A stretch of 47,620 bases of DNA from Duganella sp. (GTDB taxonomy: Bacteria; Pseudomonadota; Gammaproteobacteria; Burkholderiales; Burkholderiaceae_D), in contig JBEVMD010000095.1 in the NCBI GenBank assembly GCA_040508835.1, positions 1 to 47,620 of the forward strand, written 5' to 3'. This document shows positions 9,670 through 17,425 of the stretch, in pieces. The notes beneath the pieces were generated by a model that was given only the letters and a program-made list of their open reading frames with translations, was not told where the DNA came from and did no database searches. The translations under genes and the position numbers were made by a program. How positions within the stretch are numbered: position 1 is the first letter of the stretch; each line of letters begins with the position of its first letter.

Positions 9670-11028
9670 ATGAACACTGTTAAAAAAGTACTGTTGGCCG
9701 CCGTCGGGCTGGCCGTGATTGCCGTCGGCGGCGCGTACGTGTACGCCAGCCAGGCCACCCCCACCAAAAGCATCGGACCCGGCGCCTTCAACCTGACCGC
9801 GCCCGATGCCCAGCTGATCGAAAAAGGCCGGTACATCGCCACGGCCGGCGACTGTATCGCGTGCCACACGGCGCCCGCCGGCAAGCAGTTTGCCGGCGGC
9901 CTGTCGATGGCCACGCCGATCGGCGCGCTGTACAGCACCAACATCACGCCCGACAAGGCGACCGGCATCGGCAACTACACGCTCGACGATTTCGATCGCG
10001 CGGTGCGTCACGGCATTACGCCCAAGGGCGGCACGCTGTACCCGGCCATGCCGTACCCGTCGTACGCCAAGATCAGCGACGACGACATGCGCGCGCTGTA
10101 CGCGTACTTCATGCATGGCGTCGCGCCGGTATCGAACGCCAACCGGGCCAGCGATATCTCGTGGCCGCTGTCGCTGAACTTCCCGCTGGCGATCTGGCGC
10201 AAGATGTATGCGCCGCCGGTCGAGCCCCTGGTGCTGAACAAGTACGAAAGCGCGATGCTGGCGCGCGGCGCCTACCTGGTGCAGGGCCTCGGTCACTGCG
10301 GCGCCTGCCATACGCCGCGCGCGTCCACCATGCAGGAGCTGGCGCAGGATGAGTCGAGCCCGGCGTACCTGTCCGGCGGTCCCGTGATCGACGGCTGGCT
10401 GGCGGTGAACCTGCGCAGCAATCCGGCCGGCGGCCTCGGTCGCTGGAGCGAGCAGGACATCGTGGACACGCTGTCCAAGGCCCGTAACGACCACTCGGCC
10501 GTGATCGGCAGCCCGATGGCCGAAGTGGTGGCGCACAGCACCCAGCACATGACGAAGGAAGATCTGACGGCCATGGCCGCCTATCTGAAATCGCTGTCGC
10601 CGGGCCTGGCGGAAAAAGCGACCTACAAGGAAAGCGATGCCACGGCATTGGCCTTGAAGTCGGGACGGGAAGACGGCCGCGGCGCGCAGCTGTACCTCGA
10701 CAACTGCGCGGCCTGCCACCGCACGGACGCGAAATCCAACGGCAAGGTGTTCCCTGCGCTGGCGGGCAACCCGAGCGTGCTGTCGGACGATCCGACGTCG
10801 CTGATCAAGCTGATCCTGGAAGGCAGCAAGCTGCCGTCGACCCAGGGCGCGCCATCGGACCTGGGCATGCCCGGCTTCGCCTGGCGTCTGTCGGATGACG
10901 AAACGGCACAGCTGACGACGTTCGTGCGCCAGAACTGGGGCAACCAGGCCTCGGCCGTGGACGCCGGCCAGGTGGCCGCGCTGCGCAAGCAGATCAAGGC
11001 GGAAGTTGCAGCGACGGCGGCGCATTAA
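9670..11028 (+). CDS. Gluconate 2-dehydrogenase triheme cytochrome c subunit
   Basis: Three heme motifs (CIACH, CGACH, CAACH) plus STNITPD and LYPAMPY. Third gene of the gamma-alpha-beta operon. Confidence 0.92.
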   Translation: MNTVKKVLLAAVGLAVIAVGGAYVYASQATPTKSIGPGAFNLTAPDAQLIEKGRYIATAGDCIACHTAPAGKQFAGGLSMATPIGALYSTNITPDKATGIGNYTLDDFDRAVRHGITPKGGTLYPAMPYPSYAKISDDDMRALYAYFMHGVAPVSNANRASDISWPLSLNFPLAIWRKMYAPPVEPLVLNKYESAMLARGAYLVQGLGHCGACHTPRASTMQELAQDESSPAYLSGGPVIDGWLAVNLRSNPAGGLGRWSEQDIVDTLSKARNDHSAVIGSPMAEVVAHSTQHMTKEDLTAMAAYLKSLSPGLAEKATYKESDATALALKSGREDGRGAQLYLDNCAACHRTDAKSNGKVFPALAGNPSVLSDDPTSLIKLILEGSKLPSTQGAPSDLGMPGFAWRLSDDETAQLTTFVRQNWGNQASAVDAGQVAALRKQIKAEVAATAAH

Positions 11029-11039
11029 GCCGTAAGGCA

Positions 11040-11073
11040 GGGGTCCGGCCCGGGCAGTACCCGGTCGGACCCC
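11040..11073. repeat. GC-rich palindromic hairpin (REP-like or terminator)
   Basis: GGGGTCCGGCCCGGG-cagta-CCCGGTCGGACCCC folds into a long stem with one bulge and one G-U pair. No poly-T tail. Confidence 0.6.
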
Positions 11074-11080
11074 AGTCGTA

Positions 11081-11125
11081 CCCAACGTACCCAACATACC
11101 CAACGTAACCAACGTAACCAACGTA
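11081..11125. repeat. 9-bp tandem repeat, five units of (C/A)CCAAC(G/A)TA
   Basis: cccaacgta cccaacata cccaacgta accaacgta accaacgta, with a degenerate unit just upstream. Confidence 0.9.
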
Positions 11126-11267
11126 CCAGGTCGGTTACAAAAGTTGCGCTGTCGCACCGCCGCCACATTGGGCGAAGGTTGGAATAAATAACTTGTATTT
11201 TCTGTAAGGCAAATGTTACGCTTCCGTGCATTCAGGAAACATTCCGTTGAGAAACGGGAACAGCGCG

Positions 11268-13931
11268 ATGAAAACATTTGCAGAAGTAAATCGTCGGACC
11301 TTTTTAAAAGTGCTGGCCAGCGGCGCGACCGTCACCTTGTCCGTCACCAGCCTGCCCGGCATGGCCATGAGCGCGGCCCGTCCGCGCATGACCGATCTGC
11401 CCGAATGGGCGCCGGAACCGGGCCGGGCGCGCTGGCGCATCGACGGCCTGCCCAAGGTGCTGGGCCATAAAATCTACGCGCGCGATTTCAAGGCGCGCGA
11501 TTTCCCGGACTGGCCGCAAAACGAGCACTTCCTGTACGCCGTGCGCTGCGACCGCTACGACCAGACCGTGGTCAAGTACGACCTCGGCATGCTGCCGCCC
11601 GAGCTGCAGCCCATTGCCGTGATCGATGCCACCACGCTGACCGCCAAGGGCTTGAAACTGCCCGAAGAAATGAACAGTCCGTTCCTGGCTTCGGTGGGCA
11701 AGGCGCCGGACTTCTTCGGCCAGCCGGTGGCGCTGCTGATCTTCGATAATTTCAATACGTACCGGCGCGCCGTCAAGATCCTGCAATTCAATCCCGACGT
11801 GATCACGTACGCCGGCTGGGCCCCGCCGGCCAGCGGTCCGTACACGCCGTCGTTCAACTACGTGCGCGACGACAGCCTCGGCTTCAATTCCGTTGCGACC
11901 GCGCCCGCTGCCTACCAGCAGCAGTGGGAAGGCGTGGTCGACGGCATCCAGCACCAGGTCCGGCAGCAGGCGGCCAGCGGCCAGTGGACCGTGCTCGAGC
12001 GCGCGTTCCACACCCAGACCATCGATCCCATGTTCATGGAGCCGGAGTCCGGCATGGCCTGGTACGACGCCGGCACCGCGCAGTTGCACCTGCTGCTGGG
12101 CACGCAATCGCCCACGGGCGACTTGAGCAGCGCGTGCCAGATCTACAGCAGCAGCGTCTATCCGCTCAAGGAAGTGGACCTGATCTCGTGCTATCCCGGC
12201 GGCGGCTTCGGCGGCCGCGACCAGTCGTATTTTCCGATGTACCTGGCGCTGGCCGCACCGTTTTCCCCGGGCCCGCTGCGCTGGGCGCAAAGCCGGTTCG
12301 AGCAGTTCCAGGTGGGATTGAAGCGCTGCGAAACGGAATTCCGCGAGTCGCTGGCGGTCGACCGCGACGGCAAGATCCAGGCCCTCAACTGCCTGTTCCT
12401 GCTCAACGGCGGCGACCAGAAAAACCTGACGCCGTACGTGGCGCAGCTGGCCGCGCTCAGCTCCATGAGCTGCTACGACATCCCGCGCGCGGCAGCGCTG
12501 GCCGCCTCGATGCAGACGCCGCAGCTGATGGGAGGCTCGCAGCGGGGCTTCGGCGGGCCGCAGGCGTTCATGGCCATCGAAACCCTGCTCGACGAGGCGG
12601 CGGAAAAACTGCGCATCGACCCGTTCGAGCTGCGCCGCCGCAACCTGCTGGGCAAGGGCCGCGGCGCTACCGTGAGCGGCGCGCCCATCCTGCAGGACCT
12701 GCAGCTCGAGGACATGCTGGCGCGCCTGGAACGCCATCCGCTGTGGCAGCAGCGCCAGCACGTGCAGCAGGCGCGCCGGCGCGACGGCCTGCTGTACGGC
12801 GTGGGCCTGGCGCTGTCGAACGAAGCGTACGGCACCGGGGGCGACGGCATGTTCGGCGCGGTGCAGATCGATGCGGCCGGCAACCTGGTGATCCACACGC
12901 CGTATATCGACATGGGCAACGGCGCGGCCACCGCGCTGGGCCTGGCGCCGGCCGCGTACCTGGGTCGTAACGCCCACAGCATCAACATGGGCGAGGCGGC
13001 CCTGTTCAACGGCTTCAAACTCACCAGCCAGCTGCCGCCGCCGCCCAAGCCGATGCCGTCGAACTACGTGGTGCGCGGTTCCGGTTCGTCCAGCGCCTGC
13101 CTGGGCGCGTTTTACCAGTACCACGTGATCGAGCAGGCCGGCCTGGTGCTGCTGCTGCAGACCTTGCTGCCGGCGGCCAATGCGCTGTGGGGCAAGCCGC
13201 AGCCGGCGTCCGCGCTGCGCTGGCAGGACAACCAGCTGCACGCGGACGGCATGCCGCCGCTGGCCTGGTCGGCGCTGGTCAGGCAGGCGCTGCGCATGCG
13301 GCTGCCGATGGTAGCGGGCGTGCATGCCAGCTATATCGGCGCGTTTGCCACGGCCAGCTATCCGTTCACCAGCGGCGCCGTCACGCTGCCGCTCGACTAC
13401 ATCAAGGTGGGCCTGACGATCGACACGCTGCAGACCTTGCCGCGCAGCGAACTGGTCAATCCGCCAGCCATCAACAGCAGCTACGGCCGCACCAACTATG
13501 CGCCGTGCGGTTCGCTGGTGGCCGTGTCCGTGCATCCGGGCAGCGGCGAGGTCAAGGTGGAGAGCGTGGTGTCGGTGCTGAGCGCCGGCGTGCAGCGGTG
13601 TCCGGAAATGGTGTCGGGCCAGTCGCAGGGCGCGATCGCCATGGCGATCGGCAATGTGCTGCTGGAACACTGCCCGAACGACCGCAGCGGTCCCGGCAAC
13701 GGCACCTGGAACCTGAACCGCTACAACATCGCGCGGTCCACCGATATTCCCGCGCAGGAGCTGATCGTGCTGCCGCCGGCAGCAGGCGAGACCACGTCGC
13801 GCGGCATTGCCGAAGCGGTGATGTGCCCGATCGGCCCATCGATTCTGAACGCGCTGGCCATGGCAACTGGCGGCCGGCGTTATACCACAACACCGGTCAC
13901 CGCCAGGGCCGTGCTGGAGTCACTGAAATGA
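11268..13931 (+). CDS. Xanthine-oxidase-family molybdopterin-binding subunit with Tat signal
   Basis: NRRTFLK Tat motif; RIDGLPKVLG; MEPE, GTQSP, PGGGFGGR, RGFGGPQ, DMGNG, GQSQG and RGIAE (catalytic Glu position). Confidence 0.9.
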   Translation: MKTFAEVNRRTFLKVLASGATVTLSVTSLPGMAMSAARPRMTDLPEWAPEPGRARWRIDGLPKVLGHKIYARDFKARDFPDWPQNEHFLYAVRCDRYDQTVVKYDLGMLPPELQPIAVIDATTLTAKGLKLPEEMNSPFLASVGKAPDFFGQPVALLIFDNFNTYRRAVKILQFNPDVITYAGWAPPASGPYTPSFNYVRDDSLGFNSVATAPAAYQQQWEGVVDGIQHQVRQQAASGQWTVLERAFHTQTIDPMFMEPESGMAWYDAGTAQLHLLLGTQSPTGDLSSACQIYSSSVYPLKEVDLISCYPGGGFGGRDQSYFPMYLALAAPFSPGPLRWAQSRFEQFQVGLKRCETEFRESLAVDRDGKIQALNCLFLLNGGDQKNLTPYVAQLAALSSMSCYDIPRAAALAASMQTPQLMGGSQRGFGGPQAFMAIETLLDEAAEKLRIDPFELRRRNLLGKGRGATVSGAPILQDLQLEDMLARLERHPLWQQRQHVQQARRRDGLLYGVGLALSNEAYGTGGDGMFGAVQIDAAGNLVIHTPYIDMGNGAATALGLAPAAYLGRNAHSINMGEAALFNGFKLTSQLPPPPKPMPSNYVVRGSGSSSACLGAFYQYHVIEQAGLVLLLQTLLPAANALWGKPQPASALRWQDNQLHADGMPPLAWSALVRQALRMRLPMVAGVHASYIGAFATASYPFTSGAVTLPLDYIKVGLTIDTLQTLPRSELVNPPAINSSYGRTNYAPCGSLVAVSVHPGSGEVKVESVVSVLSAGVQRCPEMVSGQSQGAIAMAIGNVLLEHCPNDRSGPGNGTWNLNRYNIARSTDIPAQELIVLPPAAGETTSRGIAEAVMCPIGPSILNALAMATGGRRYTTTPVTARAVLESLK

Positions 13932-14449
13932 GTACACCTATCCAATTCACCGTCAACGACCGCGTGGTGCAAGCCGACGCGGACGACGCCGACATGCCGC
14001 TGGTCGATTTCCTGCACGAACGCCAGGACCTGACCGGCACCAAGTTCTGCTGCGGCATCGGCGTGTGCCGCGCCTGCACGGTCGCCACCCGCAACGGCGA
14101 CGGCGCGCTGCTGGAAAAAACCCTGGCCTGCTCGACCCCCGTCAGCGCCGTTGCCAACATGACGGTGTACACGGTGGAAAGCCTGGGCTCGGAACACGCG
14201 CTGGCGCCGCTGCAACAAGCGTTCCTCGAACATTTTGCGTTCCAGTGCGGTTACTGCGCGCCCGGCTTTCTGATGGCCGCCACAGCGATGCTGTCGCATC
14301 TGAAGAGTGCGCCTGTCGAAGAATCCGAGCTCGACGGCGTGATGGAGACCTGGGTCGGCGGCAACCTGTGCCGCTGCACCGGCTATGTGCGCTACATGGA
14401 AGCGATCCGTGCGGTGGCGCTGCCGTACACCCGGAGGGCCGGCGCATGA
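13928..14449 (+). CDS. 2x[2Fe-2S] small subunit (CoxS/XdhA/IorA-like)
   Basis: LTGTKFCCGIGVCRACTV...CS, FQCGYCAPG and NLCRCTGY. ATGA overlaps with both neighbours. True start is at 13928, inside the longer listed ORF. Confidence 0.93.
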   Translation: MSTPIQFTVNDRVVQADADDADMPLVDFLHERQDLTGTKFCCGIGVCRACTVATRNGDGALLEKTLACSTPVSAVANMTVYTVESLGSEHALAPLQQAFLEHFAFQCGYCAPGFLMAATAMLSHLKSAPVEESELDGVMETWVGGNLCRCTGYVRYMEAIRAVALPYTRRAGA

Positions 14450-15507
14450 AGCTGACCAACTGGATGGGCGCGCTCGGCGTGACCCTGCTGGCGCTGGCGG
14501 CCGGCGCCGCCGTTGCCGCCCCGGCGGCAAACCCGGCGACTGCGGCAACCGCAGCGGGGACCGGCGGCCCCCGTCACCTGGCCCAGAACAAGGACCCGCG
14601 GCGCGCGCTCGAGTACGGCAAGATGTGCGCCGACATGATCGGCAAGATCCGCGCGTTCAGCTGCCTGGAAGGCACCATCGTGCCGATCACCGTGGACGGC
14701 AAGACGCCCGCCAGCTACCAGCCCGGCATGACGTGCGACCGCCCGGCACTGCTGCCCTATGACAAGGACGGCTTCGGCCAGTGCACGCCGTATTCGCGCC
14801 TGCTCGACCTGTCGTACGGCGAGACGCAAATCTCGGCCATGTGCCGGCGCGAACAGCTGCGCGACAAGGACAGTCCGTATTTCGACGAAGTCGATATCGT
14901 GGCCCACAACGCCGACAACGGCGAAACCTGCTGGTTCCACAGCGAGAGCGGTCCCGACCAGAAGCTGACCGGCTTCGACGCCTCGCGCGTGCCGCCGCCC
15001 GACGAAGCGAAGCCGCCGCCGCAGCGCATCGCGGCCGGCCAGTTCTGGTGGTCGCCCAAGGCCACGGCCGGCAAGCAGTGCCTGAGCTGCCACGATGCCG
15101 ATCCGTTCATGTACAGCCCATGGATCGGCCAGCTGCGCTACCTGCTGCCGGCCGATCCGCTGGGCCGCTACAGCAACGTGGGCAAGGAATTCGCCCAGTG
15201 GCATTCGAACGGCATCAGCACCCGCGACAATACCTGCGTCGGCTGCCACCGCATCGGCGACCAGATGAGCTGCAAGCTGTACGTGGAAACGGCGGCCGGC
15301 CGCAAGGACGCGACGGGCGGCAATGCGCTGTCGAAATCCTATCCGCTCAGCCACTGGATGCCGGTCAACAATAGCCAAAGCAAGCAGTACTGGGAACAGG
15401 CCAACCTGAAGTCGCTCAACGAGCTGCTCGACTGCTGCAACAACCCGGGCAATCCGGTCTGCACCGTCAAACCCATCGTCACGCCGTCGAAGGCGGGCCA
15501 GCGCTAG
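14446..15507 (+). CDS. Secreted cysteine-rich diheme c-type cytochrome of unrecognised family
   Basis: Sec-type signal ending AVA, Ala-rich linker, CLSCH and CVGCH heme motifs, 10 further Cys, HWMP. ATGA-coupled to the Fe-S gene. Confidence 0.8.
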   Translation: MKLTNWMGALGVTLLALAAGAAVAAPAANPATAATAAGTGGPRHLAQNKDPRRALEYGKMCADMIGKIRAFSCLEGTIVPITVDGKTPASYQPGMTCDRPALLPYDKDGFGQCTPYSRLLDLSYGETQISAMCRREQLRDKDSPYFDEVDIVAHNADNGETCWFHSESGPDQKLTGFDASRVPPPDEAKPPPQRIAAGQFWWSPKATAGKQCLSCHDADPFMYSPWIGQLRYLLPADPLGRYSNVGKEFAQWHSNGISTRDNTCVGCHRIGDQMSCKLYVETAAGRKDATGGNALSKSYPLSHWMPVNNSQSKQYWEQANLKSLNELLDCCNNPGNPVCTVKPIVTPSKAGQR

Positions 15508-16433
15508 CGGCCGTCCGCGCCACCGGCCAGCGCCTGCTGCAGCAAGTCCGTGAACAGGCGGATCTTGGACGCGCCGCGCCGGCTGGCCGGGTACACGGCG
15601 TGGATGTCCACGTCCATCTCGCCCGGGTTGGCGTCGTACTCGGCCAGCACCGGCACCAGGGCGCCGCTGTCGAGGTCGGTCTGCACTAGCCAGGCCGGCA
15701 ACAGCGCCAGGCCCAGGCCGTGGCATGCGGCCAGGCGCAGCATCTCGCTGTTGTTGACGGTGAGCGTGCCGGCCACGTCCACTTCTTCCACCTTGATCTC
15801 CGTCGGTGACGTTGCGCGCCGCAGCCGCCAGCTGTGGCGGTGGGCGCCGTAATCGAATTGCAGGCAGTTGTGACCGGCAAGCGCCGCCGGCGTGAGCGGC
15901 GCGCCGTGCTGCGCCAGGTAGCCCGGGCTGGCCACGATGGCGCGCCGGTGGCCGGCCAGCTTGCGTGCGATCAGGTTCGGCTGCTGCGGCGCCGCGCCGA
16001 TGCGCACGGCCACGTCGATGGCTTCGTCCACCAGGTTGGTCTGGCTGTCGGACAGGCGCAGGTCCAGCTGCAGGCGCGGGTAGCGCCGCGCCAGTTCCGG
16101 CAGCAGCGGGGCGATGTAGCGGATCGCCAGCGTCACCGGCGCGGCCACGCGCAGCACACCTTGCGGTTCGCCGTCGCGCCCGCCTGCGGCGTCGTCGGCC
16201 TCGTCCAGCGCGGACAGGATGCGGGTCGCCTGGTCAAAATAGCCGCGTCCGCTGTCGGTCAGCGTGATGCGCCGCGTGGACCGGTTCAGCAGCGGCGTGC
16301 CGAGGCGCTGTTCGAGGGCGTCCACCAGGCGCGTCACCGACGAGGTGGCCACACCGAGCTGGCGGGCGGCGGCGGAAAAGCCGCCATGGCTGGCAACCAG
16401 GCAAAAAGCTTTGAGTTCGGCGAAGCGGTCCAT
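15504..16433 (-). CDS. LysR-family regulator (CrgA-like)
   Basis: MDRFAELKAF, GGFSAAARQL, LLNRSTRR, DVAVRIG. Divergent from the TauD gene. Confidence 0.92.
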   Translation of the reverse strand: MDRFAELKAFCLVASHGGFSAAARQLGVATSSVTRLVDALEQRLGTPLLNRSTRRITLTDSGRGYFDQATRILSALDEADDAAGGRDGEPQGVLRVAAPVTLAIRYIAPLLPELARRYPRLQLDLRLSDSQTNLVDEAIDVAVRIGAAPQQPNLIARKLAGHRRAIVASPGYLAQHGAPLTPAALAGHNCLQFDYGAHRHSWRLRRATSPTEIKVEEVDVAGTLTVNNSEMLRLAACHGLGLALLPAWLVQTDLDSGALVPVLAEYDANPGEMDVDIHAVYPASRRGASKIRLFTDLLQQALAGGADGR

Positions 16434-16537
16434 GGGCGTTGCGCAGGGCGCAAAGGTGTAGTCGATATTGCCCATATTATCAGCCGATGGCGTGCGGATT
16501 ATAGTGAATTCATCGACCATTGCCCGAGGAGGCCATC

Positions 16538-17296
16538 ATGAAGATCACGCACCTGCCCGAAAGATTTGGCGCCGTCATCGACGGCATCGATTTGCGCCAC
16601 GCCGGCCCCGCCATGGCGCGCGACCTGCGCGCGGCGCTGCTGGAAAACGGCTTGCTGGTCATCCGCGGCCAGTCGCTCACGCCGCAGGAGCAAGTCACGG
16701 CCACCGGCCTGTTCGGCACGCTGGAAACTTTTCCCAATGTGCGCGGCCAGGTGCCGGGCGTGCCGGAAATCTTCCGCGTTGCCAGCCGGCCCGAGGACGG
16801 CCACGTCGAGGTGGGCCGCTACTGGCATTCGGACGGCTCGTTCCGCGACGATCCCACGCCGATCAGCTTTTGGTACACGGTGGCGCAGTCCGATGCGGGC
16901 GGCGACACGCTGTTTACCGACCTGCAGCAGGCGTATGCCGAACTCAACGACGACATCAAGGAAGAATTCGGCGGCCTGAACACGGCGCACCGCAACGGCG
17001 TGGTGCATCCGCTGGTGCTGCGCCATCCGTGCACCGGCGTCCCGGCGCTGTACCTGAACACGGGCCTCACGGCCGGCGTGCTCGGCTACAGCAGCGAGCA
17101 GTCGCGCGCCGTGATGGACGCGGTGGACCGCCATTACTCGCGACCGGGCGCCAGCTACCGCCATCACTGGCTGCCGGGCGACGTGGTGGTGGCCGACAAT
17201 TTGCGCGTGGCGCACAAGGCCACGCCGCTGCCGGCCGATGCCCGGCGCATCCTCAACCGCACCACGGTGCGCGCGGACGGCGTGATCTGGGCGTAG
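16538..17296 (+). CDS. TauD/TfdA-family Fe(II)/2-oxoglutarate dioxygenase
   Basis: FGAVIDGIDL, WHSDGSF (HxD), GGDTLFTD, HPLVLRHP, W-x-x-GD-x4-DN-x4-H and terminal Arg. GAGGAGG RBS. Confidence 0.9.
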   Translation: MKITHLPERFGAVIDGIDLRHAGPAMARDLRAALLENGLLVIRGQSLTPQEQVTATGLFGTLETFPNVRGQVPGVPEIFRVASRPEDGHVEVGRYWHSDGSFRDDPTPISFWYTVAQSDAGGDTLFTDLQQAYAELNDDIKEEFGGLNTAHRNGVVHPLVLRHPCTGVPALYLNTGLTAGVLGYSSEQSRAVMDAVDRHYSRPGASYRHHWLPGDVVVADNLRVAHKATPLPADARRILNRTTVRADGVIWA

Positions 17297-17425
17297 CCGG
17301 GATTCTTGATTGCGCCATATCGGCACTGGAATCTTATTAATAGTACAATTGTAAAGTTTGCATGGTCGGGCTTGCTTCAACGCGGGTCCGTCCACGATAT
17401 CGACTATTTTTAAGGGGAATACGAT

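Noticed and set aside
11081-11125. Repeat considered as a CRISPR array
   Set aside because: Units are 9 bp and contiguous, with no spacers and no cas genes in the window.
8671-11277. 868-aa minus-strand ORF crossing the 9-bp repeat in frame
   Set aside because: Antisense shadow of the dehydrogenase genes. High-GC codon bias suppresses stops, 9-bp units keep frame trivially, and no domain motifs are present.
11304-13670. 788-aa antisense ORF
   Set aside because: Mirror frame of the Mo-subunit gene with no recognisable motifs.
11268-13931. Calling the Mo enzyme a xanthine dehydrogenase tied to the purine cluster
   Set aside because: No FAD subunit or xdhC, a Tat signal is present, and unrelated genes separate it from the purine operons. 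The substrate cannot be assigned from sequence.
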